Shown: positions 1 through 8,303 of the stretch, piece after piece
Layout of the letters: each line of letters begins with the position of its first letter
How positions within the stretch are numbered: position 1 is the stretch's first letter
Position numbers and translations under genes: made by a program
Notes under the pieces: generated by a model
Told to the model about the DNA's origin: nothing
Databases searched by the model: none
What the model saw: the letters and a program-made list of their open reading frames with translations, nothing else
Assembly (NCBI GenBank): GCA_041658815.1
Contig: JBAZZN010000001.1
Coordinates: 1-33,086 of the forward strand
Reading direction: 5' to 3'
Origin: Thermoplasmatota archaeon
GTDB taxonomy: Archaea > Thermoplasmatota > SW-10-69-26 > JACQPN01 > JAJPHT01
DNA length: 33,086 nt

Positions 1-244
1 TGAGGTCGTCGATGCGCTCGCCATCCACTTCGACCTTGCCGCTCGTAGGCGCCTCGATGCCGCCCACGATGTTGAGGAGCGTCGTCTTGCCACTGCCGCT
101 TGGGCCAAGGAACACCGTGAAGTCTCCGCGAGGGATCTCGAGCGAGACGCCACTCAAAGCGTGGACGGTCGTGGGGCCCACCTTGTAGTCGCGCGAGACG
201 TTCGAAAGTCGAGCCACGATGTCGCCGTTGACCAGTGCGTTCAC
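1..244 (-). CDS. ABC transporter ATP-binding protein, N-terminal part; the gene runs off the left edge
   Basis: Manual minus-strand translation from GTG (242-244): VNALVNGDIVARLSNVSRDYKVGPTTVHALSGVSLEIPRGDFTVFLGPSGSGKTTLLNIVGGIE... It has a Walker A motif (GPSGSGKTT) and a LolD/MacB-like N-terminus. A GTGA overlap with the stop of the upstream ORF suggests translational coupling. Confidence 0.8.
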   Translation of the reverse strand, partial: MNALVNGDIVARLSNVSRDYKVGPTTVHALSGVSLEIPRGDFTVFLGPSGSGKTTLLNIVGGIEAPTSGKVEVDGERIDDL

Positions 245-501
245 TTGCCTTCACCCCTGTGCCCCCCGTGTCCTCCATGGCCTCCGAAAAGGTGAAGGAG
301 GGGGCACGCGAGGAGCAGCACGTACGGTAAGTAGCCCCAGAAGTGGGCGGGGTGCTGCGTGACCAAGTAGTAGAGACCCACGAGGCCGAACGCAGCAAAG
401 GCCCAAAACGTTGGACTCCTGAAGTTGACGCGGGGGTGTCTTGGCTCGTGAGCGTCGTGGGGCTCATTATCCATGCGCTCGTGTTGGACCGGCGTGGTCA
501 T
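241..501 (-). CDS. DUF2933-like small membrane protein with a His/Gly-rich tail
   Basis: Internal Met of ORF 241..651: [22 protein letters not shown]...LPYVLLLACPLLHLFGGHGGHGGHRGEGK. It has two TM helices, an ACPLxHLF motif and a HGGHGGH tail, typical of small proteins next to copA. ATGA overlap with the upstream cupredoxin gene at 498-501. Confidence 0.7.
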   Translation of the reverse strand: MTTPVQHERMDNEPHDAHEPRHPRVNFRSPTFWAFAAFGLVGLYYLVTQHPAHFWGYLPYVLLLACPLLHLFGGHGGHGGHRGEGK

Positions 502-875
502 TCGACGATCACCTTGCCTCGGAGCATCCCCATCTGGCAGGCGAACTCGTACTCTCCCTCCTTCGTGGGGAGGAACTCGACGGCGACGGTCTCGCCTGCT
601 GGGAGCTTGGCGCTTCTTTTCCACTCGGGGAAGATCACCAATTCGCTGCACGCGGCGGTCTCATCGCGTCGGAAGAGGAGACGCACGGGCCGGTTCTTCT
701 CGACAATGATCACGTCAGGCGTGTAGCCGCCCTTCACAAGGATCATGGCTTCTTGTTGGCCGCGGGTGTTCGTGGCGGCCCGCGTGCCGACGTCCCGCTT
801 CATCCAGAAGAACCAGACGATGAGGACGATCGTCGCAAGGGCTGCGAGCGTGACGAAGAGTTGGTCGAGTCTCAT
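498..875 (-). CDS. Membrane-anchored cupredoxin-like domain protein
   Basis: N-terminal TM helix followed by [33 protein letters not shown]......[18 protein letters not shown]. This matches the cupredoxin_1-type proteins commonly linked to copA. ATGA overlap with the copA stop. Confidence 0.75.
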   Translation of the reverse strand: MRLDQLFVTLAALATIVLIVWFFWMKRDVGTRAATNTRGQQEAMILVKGGYTPDVIIVEKNRPVRLLFRRDETAACSELVIFPEWKRSAKLPAGETVAVEFLPTKEGEYEFACQMGMLRGKVIVE

Positions 876-3358
876 GACGGGGCACCTCCGGTGTTGTGAC
901 GGCGGAGCCGGTTCGCGTTCGTGACGACGGTGAGGCTGCTCGCGGCCATCGCGGCGGCCGCGATCAGTGGGCTGAGGAGGAGCCCCACGAAGGGGTAGAG
1001 GATGCCCATCGCGATCGGGATGCCGATGACGTTGTACGCGAAGGCGCCCACGAGGTTCTGCCGCACGTTCCGCATCGTCGCGCGGCTGATGTCGATGGCC
1101 GTGACGACGCCCTGGAGCGACCCTCGGATGAGTGTGATGTCGCTGGCCTCGATGGCGACGTCCGTGCCCGTGCCGATGGCCATGCCGACGTCGGCTTGCG
1201 CGAGGGCAGGAGCGTCGTTGATGCCGTCCCCCACCATCGCGACCTTCTTGCCTTCGAGCTGGAGCTTGCGGACCTCGTGCGCCTTGTCCTCGGGAAGCAC
1301 TTCGGCGAGCACGCGGTCCACGCCTGCTTCCCTCGCGATGGCGGCGGCCGTCTTCTGGTTGTCGCCTGTGATCATGACGACCTCGATGCCCATCGAGCGC
1401 AAGCGCGCGATGGCGTCCTTGCTATCAGGCTTCATGGTGTCCGCGACGGCGACGATGCCAAGCGGCTTGCCATCGGCTGCGACGAACATTGGCGTCCGGC
1501 CTTGACTCGCGAGCGTCTCCCACGTTTGCGGAAGCGTTCCGAGGTCGATCTTGTGGTCGTCCATGAACTTGCGGTTGCCCACGAGCACGCGCCTGTCGCC
1601 GACCTTGCCTTGGACGCCGTGGCCAGGAACGGCTTCGAAGTCGCGCGCCTCGTCGAGCGAGAGGTTGCGATCTTGTGCGCCCTTCACGATGGCTTGGGCA
1701 AGGGGGTGTTCGCTTGCGCGCTCGAGGCTCGCCGCAGCGAGCAGGAGGTCGGCCTCGGCCACGTCAGGCGCCGGCACGACGTCCGTGAGGCTGGGCTCGC
1801 CCTTCGTGATGGTGCCCGTCTTGTCAAGGATGATAGCATCGAGCTTGCCGGCCGTCTGAAGTGCGTCACCGCTCCGGATGAGGATCCCGTTCTGGGCGCC
1901 TTTGCCGATGCCCACGGTAAGACTTGTGGGCGTGGCGAGTCCCAACGCGCAGGGGCAGGCTATGATGAGCGTCGTGACGAGCACGATGGTCGCGTAGCCA
2001 AGCGCAGGTTGGGGGCCGAAGTCGAACCAGATGACGAAGGCGATGATGCTCGCGATGATGACGGCGGGGACGAAGTAGCCACTCACCGCGTCCACGACGC
2101 GTTGGATGGGCGCCTTGCTTCCTTGCGCGTCCTGGACCAAGCGCACGATGTTCGCAAGCGCCGTGTCCTTGCCGACCTTCGTGGCGCGGAAGCGGAGCAA
2201 GCCGTTCTTGTTGATGGTCGCACCGATCACTTCGTTGCCGGGTTTCTTGTCCACGGGTATGGATTCGCCCGTGATCATGCCCTCATCCACTGCGCTCTTC
2301 CCATCGATGACCACGCCATCAACGGGGAGCTTCTCCCCCGGGCGCACGATGACCTCGTCGCCGACGACGACCTCTTCGACATCGATATCGCGCTCTTGAC
2401 CATCGCGCACGACGCGCGCGGTCTTGGCACGCAGTCCGATGAGTTTTCGGATAGCTTCGCTGCTCTTGCCCTTCGCCTTGACTTCGAGCGCGAGCCCGAG
2501 GACGACGAGGGCCGTGACGACGTCCGCGACGTCCCAGAAGACTTGTGCGAGGCTCGCGCTTGGGAAGAGCTGTGGCGCGAGGACCGCGACGGCACTGTAC
2601 GCGGCCGCCGCCGTGATGCCAAGCGCGATGAGCGTGTGCATGTTCGCACTGCGATGCTTGACCGCGCTCCAGGCGCCTGCATAGAATTGGCTTCCGCTGT
2701 AGATCATGACGGGGAGCGTGAGCAGGCCGAGGACGCCCCACGTGATGCGGCGCGTGATGCTCCCCTCTGGCATCCACGCCTGGAGCGCGGGAACCAGCTC
2801 AGGGTAGCTGAGGGCGAGGACGGGGATGCTGATGACGGTCGCGAACCAGAACTTGCGCATGAGGCCCTTGTACTCGGCGTCGCGCTCGGCGTCCTGGAGG
2901 CTCGCTTCGTCCGCATGCTCGCGCGGCTTGGGGGTCTGCTTGATCTCATAGCCCGCGCTCGTGATAGCGCGCTCGATGCGCGCGATCTGCGTTCGCTTGG
3001 GATCGTACGCGACGTGAGCCGCATTACTGCCGAGGCTCACGCTCGCGGCGACGACGCCGGGCGTCTGGCGCAGCGCTCTCTCGATACTAGTGACGCAGCT
3101 GGCACAGGACATGCCTTGGATGGGAAGCGTTAGTTGGGCAGTGCCCGTGTGGAAGCCCGCTTTCTCGATGGATCGAGCGATCTTCGCGACGTCCGTCGCC
3201 TCTGCGTCGTAGTCAACGTACGCTTTGCATGTGGCAGGGTTCACGTGCGCGCTCTTGACGCCAGGCTGGCGCTGGATCGCGCTCTCGATGGCGCGCGGCT
3301 CGCAGCCCATGACTCCACGGACTGGCAGCACGCAATGCGCGAGCGCTCGTGTCGCCAT
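872..3358 (-). CDS. copA: Copper-translocating P1B-type ATPase
   Basis: 828 aa. One HMA domain has GMSCASCV, preceded by a degenerate HMA lacking CxxC. Also present: the CPC motif ([11 protein letters not shown]), DKTGTITKG, the HP motif ([10 protein letters not shown]) and [10 protein letters not shown]. Confidence 0.95.
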   Translation of the reverse strand: MATRALAHCVLPVRGVMGCEPRAIESAIQRQPGVKSAHVNPATCKAYVDYDAEATDVAKIARSIEKAGFHTGTAQLTLPIQGMSCASCVTSIERALRQTPGVVAASVSLGSNAAHVAYDPKRTQIARIERAITSAGYEIKQTPKPREHADEASLQDAERDAEYKGLMRKFWFATVISIPVLALSYPELVPALQAWMPEGSITRRITWGVLGLLTLPVMIYSGSQFYAGAWSAVKHRSANMHTLIALGITAAAAYSAVAVLAPQLFPSASLAQVFWDVADVVTALVVLGLALEVKAKGKSSEAIRKLIGLRAKTARVVRDGQERDIDVEEVVVGDEVIVRPGEKLPVDGVVIDGKSAVDEGMITGESIPVDKKPGNEVIGATINKNGLLRFRATKVGKDTALANIVRLVQDAQGSKAPIQRVVDAVSGYFVPAVIIASIIAFVIWFDFGPQPALGYATIVLVTTLIIACPCALGLATPTSLTVGIGKGAQNGILIRSGDALQTAGKLDAIILDKTGTITKGEPSLTDVVPAPDVAEADLLLAAASLERASEHPLAQAIVKGAQDRNLSLDEARDFEAVPGHGVQGKVGDRRVLVGNRKFMDDHKIDLGTLPQTWETLASQGRTPMFVAADGKPLGIVAVADTMKPDSKDAIARLRSMGIEVVMITGDNQKTAAAIAREAGVDRVLAEVLPEDKAHEVRKLQLEGKKVAMVGDGINDAPALAQADVGMAIGTGTDVAIEASDITLIRGSLQGVVTAIDISRATMRNVRQNLVGAFAYNVIGIPIAMGILYPFVGLLLSPLIAAAAMAASSLTVVTNANRLRRHNTGGAPS

Positions 3359-3826
3359 TCAGGTGACTCCCGTGGTCGTAGGACTATGCTTGGGCACGCG
3401 CTTGAGCGCGCGGAGGGAGAGCGTGAGCCCGATGGCGTTGCTGCCGATAGCGACAAGAAGGAGGGGCCCGCGCCAAGCAGCGAGCGCTGTCGCGAATATG
3501 CTGACGCCCGCGTAGGGAAGGATCGTGGGGAGGAAGTGGGCGCAGCAAGCGATCATGGCTGTGCTGGTGACGCCCCCGCTTGCACCCGCCATGGCGCCCA
3601 TGTGGATGCGGGCGAGCATTCGGAGGTACGCCCACAAGCCCACTTGCGCGCCAAACATGGGCACGAGGAAGACGAGGTAGGGCGCGTCGAGTGGGATCTG
3701 GCCCCTCGCGTAGGGCCAACCGCTCACCACGGTGAGGACACCAACGTATAGCGTGAGTAGGCCCGCCCCTGCGACGAGGCCGGTCCAGGTCGCACGTCTG
3801 CGGCTGGCGCGTCGTGCGTCCGTCAC
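3359..3826 (-). CDS. Integral membrane protein with a conserved Cys-Cys-x-His motif; possible metal-handling role
   Basis: About four predicted TM helices with the motif IACCAHFLP. GTG start at 3824-3826 sits directly after the stop of the upstream gene, and its own stop abuts the copA start. Function is inferred from context only. Confidence 0.6.
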   Translation of the reverse strand: MTDARRASRRRATWTGLVAGAGLLTLYVGVLTVVSGWPYARGQIPLDAPYLVFLVPMFGAQVGLWAYLRMLARIHMGAMAGASGGVTSTAMIACCAHFLPTILPYAGVSIFATALAAWRGPLLLVAIGSNAIGLTLSLRALKRVPKHSPTTTGVT

Positions 3827-4195
3827 TCAGGAGACCTCCAGCGTGACTTGCATGGCGTCGGCCGCGTGCCCGGGCAAGTCGCACAGGAACGTGAACGTCC
3901 CAGCGCGTGTCGGCGTGAACGTCGCGTCCGCGGATCCTCGTGGTTGGACGGTTCCCGTGTGGACGTGGTAGTCGTGGTTCGTTAGGGTGTGCGGTTGCGT
4001 TCCAGCGTTCTTGAGCTCGATGGTGACAGGCGCGCCCACCTTGGCTTGGATGAGCGAGGGCGTGAAGGCGAGCTCCTCGGCGCCGCCTGCCGTCACGACG
4101 ATGGCAGTCCCTCTTGGGGCTGGTGCGAGGCAGCCAGCGAGGATGGTGGTTCCAGCGAGGGGCAGCACGAGCAGAAGGAGCCTCGCGCGGCGCAT
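3827..4195 (-). CDS. Blue-copper (plastocyanin/amicyanin-like) lipoprotein
   Basis: Internal Met of ORF 3827..4459: MRRARLLLLVLPLAGTTILAGC (signal peptide plus lipobox). Cupredoxin ligand pattern: H..LTNHDYHV ... FLCDLPGHAADAM (C-x4-H-x4-M). Confidence 0.8.
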   Translation of the reverse strand: MRRARLLLLVLPLAGTTILAGCLAPAPRGTAIVVTAGGAEELAFTPSLIQAKVGAPVTIELKNAGTQPHTLTNHDYHVHTGTVQPRGSADATFTPTRAGTFTFLCDLPGHAADAMQVTLEVS

Positions 4196-4200
4196 CGGCC

Positions 4201-4608
4201 TCACACGACCTTCGAGTCGCCAGTCTGAGGCTCCCCAGTGAGCGCGAACGCCCCGCCGACGATGGCTGCGATCGCACCCACGATGTAACCGCCCATCGCG
4301 AGGAGGCTCACGGCGCCAGCCGCGATGCCGATCATGCTCCACAGGCGCGTTTCGCGGCCGAGGCGGACGTGATAGGCGGCGAGAAGGACGAACGCGCCCG
4401 TGACGAGGCTGATGCCGCCCATCCACCACACCATTCCGGTCGTCCAGCCAGCGTTCCACGCGCCGCCCATCATCCCTCCCATCATCCCACTCATGCTGGG
4501 CCAGAACGTGGTCATCATGAGGACCCCTGCGAGGCCGCCCACCAGGATGAGGAGGCCGCCCACGAGGAGGAGCACGAAGCTCAGGTCTTGGTTCTTGGTC
4601 GTCGTCAT
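4201..4608 (-). CDS. Met/Gly-rich integral membrane protein; paralog of 5746..6171
   Basis: Four hydrophobic segments and a loop SMSGMMGGMMGGAWNAGW that resembles Met-rich Cu(I) motifs. It shares AAYHV and GGYIVGAIAAIVGGAFAL with the 5746..6171 product. Confidence 0.65.
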   Translation of the reverse strand: MTTTKNQDLSFVLLLVGGLLILVGGLAGVLMMTTFWPSMSGMMGGMMGGAWNAGWTTGMVWWMGGISLVTGAFVLLAAYHVRLGRETRLWSMIGIAAGAVSLLAMGGYIVGAIAAIVGGAFALTGEPQTGDSKVV

Positions 4609-4705
4609 GTGATTCCTGGTCGAACCATCGCGTCCTTCGGGTTAAGGTGCACGGTCAAGGCGGACGCGTTGGATGATGCGCGTCCAACGAGCAGCCGCTC
4701 GCGCG

Positions 4706-5275
4706 TCAAGCGCCGTCGTCTGGAAGCCTGTCTCGGACGCTCCCAAAGATCTCGGTCCACATGTCCGAGTAGGCCGATAGGAGATCTGGCGTGGGCTGGA
4801 AGGCACGCAGGAGCGCGAGCACGCGTGGCGCGTCGATGAGCCGGAAGACGCGGCCGGTCTCGGGAGGTTCGCGCGTGATGATGCCCACGTTCTCCATGCT
4901 CTTGAGGTGGTGCGTCAGCGTCGCCTTGGTGACGTGCACGACCTGCGCAAGGTCACGATGCTGGGCGGACTCGCGTTCAAGCAAGTGCAGCGCGACAGCC
5001 AGGGGCACAGGCTGGCGTAGGAGGCTAAGCCAGCGTTGCTCTTGCTGCAGCAGTGTGGCGCGTGGGCCCGTCACGGGGAACAAGCGCCGATACCCTCCTT
5101 CCTGGCGAGTTGTGACTAGGTCGAGGCGTTCCAGCGCAGCAAGGTGGTACTCGATGAGGTGAGGGTTCGTGTGGATGCGGCGCGCGATCTCTCGCAAGTG
5201 CAACCCGGGGTAAGCTTGCACGAGATTGAGGATGCGCCGGCGCATGCCGGCATCCGGAGGGATGGCCTCGCTCAC
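4706..5275 (-). CDS. Transcriptional regulator with two tandem winged-helix (ArsR-like) domains
   Basis: ILNLVQAYPGLHLREIARRIHTNPHLIEYHLAALERLDLV, then a second wHTH: HRDLAQVVHVTKATLTHHLKSMENVGII. The C-terminal PTPDLLSAYSDMW is shared with paralog 25287..25817. Start is ambiguous: GTG at 5275 or ATG at 5245; the longest ORF reaches 5362. Confidence 0.75.
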   Translation of the reverse strand: MSEAIPPDAGMRRRILNLVQAYPGLHLREIARRIHTNPHLIEYHLAALERLDLVTTRQEGGYRRLFPVTGPRATLLQQEQRWLSLLRQPVPLAVALHLLERESAQHRDLAQVVHVTKATLTHHLKSMENVGIITREPPETGRVFRLIDAPRVLALLRAFQPTPDLLSAYSDMWTEIFGSVRDRLPDDGA

Positions 5276-5288
5276 GCCCAACCTCCAG

Positions 5289-5696
5289 TCATGGTGGCGC
5301 CCAGAATGGAATGAAGAGGAGCGTGACCATGGCGAGGTCGAAGATGGCTTCCATGATCTCAATGGCTTCGTGTGCCAAGCTGTTCGTGGAAAGGAGAATG
5401 GCGACCAGTGTGCTCTTCATGAAGTGCACGCCGAACGCGGCCGCGATGAATCGGACCTTCCGTTGGCCCGTCCGCTCGGCGGCCCTCCAAGTGAGGATCG
5501 TGAGCGTGAGACTCACGACCGCCACCATACTGACGATCCAGATGCTGAACGATGTAAGGGTCAAGAGGCGCGCCCAAGGAGGATCGTGGCCTGCATGATT
5601 TAACGAGTTGGGTCCGGTCACTCCTGCGCGCGGCGCCTCGCCAAGTCCTGCACTGGCAAGAACATAATTGGACGTCGATTGAACACGTTTTGACAA
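5289..5696 (-). CDS. Small three-TM membrane protein; paralog of 25821..26138
   Basis: TLTILTWRAAERTGQRKVRFIAAAFGVHFMK...EAIFDLAMVTLLFIPF aligns with TLSVLAFRAASKRGNPGLRWVGSAFVVFAIK...LSIGDLIILILLFMPL. An alternative GTG start at 5621 gives 110 aa, close to the 105-aa paralog. That start would also leave the AT-rich 5650-5700 stretch non-coding. Confidence 0.6.
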   Translation of the reverse strand: MSKRVQSTSNYVLASAGLGEAPRAGVTGPNSLNHAGHDPPWARLLTLTSFSIWIVSMVAVVSLTLTILTWRAAERTGQRKVRFIAAAFGVHFMKSTLVAILLSTNSLAHEAIEIMEAIFDLAMVTLLFIPFWAPP

Positions 5697-5745
5697 GATT
5701 AGTTCTCACACGGTGACGTCACGAACGGTTTGATAAGGGGGGATT

Positions 5746-6171
5746 GTGACCGTGCATCGCATGATAGTGCGCACCAAGATCCAGAACTGGGGGTTGCTAA
5801 GTCTCATCACCGGAGGCATTCTCATCCTTGCGGGCAGTCTTGTCGGCTCCCTCCTCATGGGTCTTGCGAGTGGAGGAAACGACTTGCGCATGAGCGGCAT
5901 GGTGCATGCCAACCTCAACGATGGGTGGAGACTGATGATGCCATTCTGGATGGTGATCGTCGGGATCTTCGCGGGGCGCATCGTCCTCCTCGCGGCCTTC
6001 CACGTCCACACCAAGCGACAAACCGCGTCGTGGAGCATCGCGGCCATCGTCGTGGGCGCGCTCAGCCTCCTCATCGTGGGCGGCTACGTCATCGGCGCCG
6101 TGGCGGCCATCGCGGGCGGAGCGCTCGCACTCGTCGGCACGCTGCACACCCAGGCCGCGCGGGAGGGTTGA
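5746..6171 (+). CDS. Integral membrane protein; paralog of 4201..4608
   Basis: Same topology, and it shares AAFHVH and GGYVIGAVAAIAGGALAL. GTG start at 5746. An alternative ATG at 5761 lies about 28 nt after the TATA-like TTGATAAG and could give a leaderless mRNA. Confidence 0.65.
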   Translation: MTVHRMIVRTKIQNWGLLSLITGGILILAGSLVGSLLMGLASGGNDLRMSGMVHANLNDGWRLMMPFWMVIVGIFAGRIVLLAAFHVHTKRQTASWSIAAIVVGALSLLIVGGYVIGAVAAIAGGALALVGTLHTQAAREG

Positions 6172-6275
6172 CGTTTGGAAAGCGGAAAGCGCTTGGACGT
6201 GTCCGTCCACATGGTGTTCTCGATGCACAGTAGCGACGGTCGCGCGCCAAATTCCCAGGGGAGGCTCATCTCTCA

Positions 6276-7007
6276 ATGAGCAAGCGGATCACAGAGCACC
6301 GTGCTTCTAGCATGACTCAGTGCACCGAATGCGGGGCAGAGGTCGCGCAGTCCCACCTCACCGCACATGCCGCGAGGGTGCACCCGACGCCGCGCGACCG
6401 CGCTGCACAAGTCGTCGAGCGCAACTGGAAGACGTGGACATTCGTCGCGACCGTGGTGCTCGCTGTGGTCGTCGTGGGATATCTCGCGGCGCAGGGGCCA
6501 TCGTCTGCGGGCGGTGCGTCGCTCGCGGAGAAGTGGAACGGCCGCACGGCCCCGAGCTTCTCGCTCCCCGACGCGGTGGACGGTTCCACGTTCGCGTTCC
6601 CCTCCGCGAGCCCCGGCTGGACGCTCCTCTTCCTCAACGAGGGGCTCGGGTGCGCCCCGTGCGCGCAGCAGACGCAGGCGATGGACACGGACCACGCGCG
6701 CTTCGACGCCCTTGGCGTGCGGCAAGCCAGCATCCAAGTGAACTCGGTGTCGAGTCTGCGCCAGTGGGCCCAGGGGAGCGGAGTCTCGCAGGTCGCGGTC
6801 CTTTCCGATCCTGATCTCGCCGTCCAACGCGCCTACGAAACGACTGGCCGTGAGGTCAGCATGATGCCAGGAATGACGGCGGGCCACACCTTCATCCTCG
6901 TGGATCCCGACGGGATCGTGCGATGGCGTCACGACTACGGGCCAGGGACGATGTTCGTGGACCCCAATGAGATCTTCACAGCCGTGAGCCAAGCCATGGG
7001 CAGGTGA
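6276..7007 (+). CDS. Membrane-anchored thioredoxin-fold thiol:disulfide oxidoreductase (TlpA/redoxin-like) with an N-terminal Cys2-His zinc-finger-like motif
   Basis: One TM helix (WTFVATVVLAVVVVGYL), then a redoxin domain with an active-site CxxC (GLGCAPC). The N-terminus has CTECGAEVAQSHLTAHAARVH. Confidence 0.75.
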   Translation: MSKRITEHRASSMTQCTECGAEVAQSHLTAHAARVHPTPRDRAAQVVERNWKTWTFVATVVLAVVVVGYLAAQGPSSAGGASLAEKWNGRTAPSFSLPDAVDGSTFAFPSASPGWTLLFLNEGLGCAPCAQQTQAMDTDHARFDALGVRQASIQVNSVSSLRQWAQGSGVSQVAVLSDPDLAVQRAYETTGREVSMMPGMTAGHTFILVDPDGIVRWRHDYGPGTMFVDPNEIFTAVSQAMGR

Positions 7008-7013
7008 CACGCG

Positions 7014-7289
7014 GTGACGCACGTGCTGCTCATGACGAAAGAAGGCTGCAATCCGTGTGGCCGCGTCAAGCGCATCCTCGATGAGATCGCCCGCGAGCAG
7101 CGGGGCATCACGATCGAGGTCGTGGACTTCGCCTCCGAGCAGGGGTTGGCCCTCGCACTCGAGCACAACGTCCTCTATCCGCCCGCAGTCATCGTGGACG
7201 GCGCGTTCCTTGGTTACGGGAAGATCAAGGAGGACCGATTGCGCGAAGCGCTCCATGCACTCCCATCGCCGGGAGTCGATCACGGATGA
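7014..7289 (+). CDS. Small glutaredoxin/thioredoxin-like protein
   Basis: 91 aa with MTKEGCNPCGRVKRIL...YPPAVIVDG, a Grx-like fold signature with a CxxC. GTG start at 7014 (alternative ATG at 7032). ATGA overlap with the next gene. Confidence 0.75.
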   Translation: MTHVLLMTKEGCNPCGRVKRILDEIAREQRGITIEVVDFASEQGLALALEHNVLYPPAVIVDGAFLGYGKIKEDRLREALHALPSPGVDHG

Positions 7290-8299
7290 GCTTCCTCGTC
7301 GTCTCGGTCATCGTCGCGTTCGTGGCAGGCATCGTCGCGCTGGCCATGCCGTGCTGCTTCAGCGTGCTGTTGCCGTCCTATTTCGCGAGCGCGTTCCGCA
7401 AGCGGACGGCGGTGCTATCGATGACGCTCGTGTTCGCGGGCGGGATCGCGGCCGTGATCCTCCCGGTCACGCTGCTTGCCAATGCGGTGGGCGGCTTCCT
7501 CCGCGAGCGGCACAGCGTCCTGTTCGTCGCCGGCGGCTTCTTCATGGTGCTACTGGGACTCGTCTCCCTGTGGGGCAAGTCCATCATGCCGCAACTGCGG
7601 CTGCCCATCGACCTCAAGCGCACCAACGCGGCCGGCGTCTTCACGATGGGCGTCTTCTCGGGTGTGGCGACCTCGTGCTGCGCGCCGGTGCTTGCGGGGA
7701 TCATCGTCCTCTCCGCGCTCTCGACGTCCGTTCTCGCGACGATGCTCATCGGCGTCGCCTACGTGGCCGGCATGGTCGTTCCCTTGCTTGCCGCGGCCCT
7801 GCTCTGGGATCGCTCTGCCACGCGCAAGGACTCCATCCTCAGCGGGAAACTGCTGCGCTTCCGGTTGGCGGGCAAGCCCGTCGAGATCCACTCGTCGAAC
7901 CTCATCGCCGGCATCATGTTCACGCTGATGGGCGCGTTCACGATCGTGCTCGGCCTCACCGACACGATGATCCCGACGCCGGGTCTGGTGGAGGTCGGCC
8001 TCTTCCAACTGCGGCTCGAGAAGGCGGCCGAGGCGTGGTCCGCATCCCTCGCGGGCCAGATCCTCGCATGGGCGATCGTGATCGTGGGCGTCGCGCTCCT
8101 CGCCGTCCTCCTGCGTCGCGGCCTCGCGAGGACGCCGCGCGCCACGAATACCAGCGCCATCGACCCCGTCTGCAAGATGCGCGTCGATCCCGCGTCGGCG
8201 CGGTGGTCGAGCACCCGCAGGGAAGCCACGTACCACTTCTGCTCGGCAGGATGCAAGGACGCGTTCGACGAAGCCCCCGTCTCGTTCGTGCCTGAGTAA
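7286..8299 (+). CDS. CcdA/DsbD-like transmembrane thiol-disulfide protein fused to a C-terminal YHS/TRASH metal-binding domain
   Basis: Polytopic membrane domain with two Cys pairs (AMPCCFSVLLP, VATSCCAPVLAG). The C-terminal DPVCKMRVDP....ATYHFCSAGCKDAF matches the YHS domain pattern. Confidence 0.75.
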   Translation: MSFLVVSVIVAFVAGIVALAMPCCFSVLLPSYFASAFRKRTAVLSMTLVFAGGIAAVILPVTLLANAVGGFLRERHSVLFVAGGFFMVLLGLVSLWGKSIMPQLRLPIDLKRTNAAGVFTMGVFSGVATSCCAPVLAGIIVLSALSTSVLATMLIGVAYVAGMVVPLLAAALLWDRSATRKDSILSGKLLRFRLAGKPVEIHSSNLIAGIMFTLMGAFTIVLGLTDTMIPTPGLVEVGLFQLRLEKAAEAWSASLAGQILAWAIVIVGVALLAVLLRRGLARTPRATNTSAIDPVCKMRVDPASARWSSTRREATYHFCSAGCKDAFDEAPVSFVPE

Positions 8300-8303
8300 G
8301 TCG

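Noticed and set aside
896-3133. 745-aa plus-strand ORF, plus several shorter ORFs, across the copA region
   Set aside because: They are antisense to a motif-rich CopA gene. Their Arg/Asp/His/Gly-rich, low-complexity composition is what GC-rich antisense frames produce.
4586-4600. gtcttggttcttgg at the start of gene 4201..4608, and gtcttgggttgg at 32390, as further copies of the octamer element
   Set aside because: Both lie inside coding sequence (TKNQDL and NQPKTV), are single or double units with no inverted partner, and fit chance occurrence of a 7-mer.
6273-7283. 336-aa minus-strand ORF
   Set aside because: Antisense to the redoxin and Grx-like genes, which have clear CxxC motifs and TM segments. 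Its composition is Arg/His-rich with no motifs.
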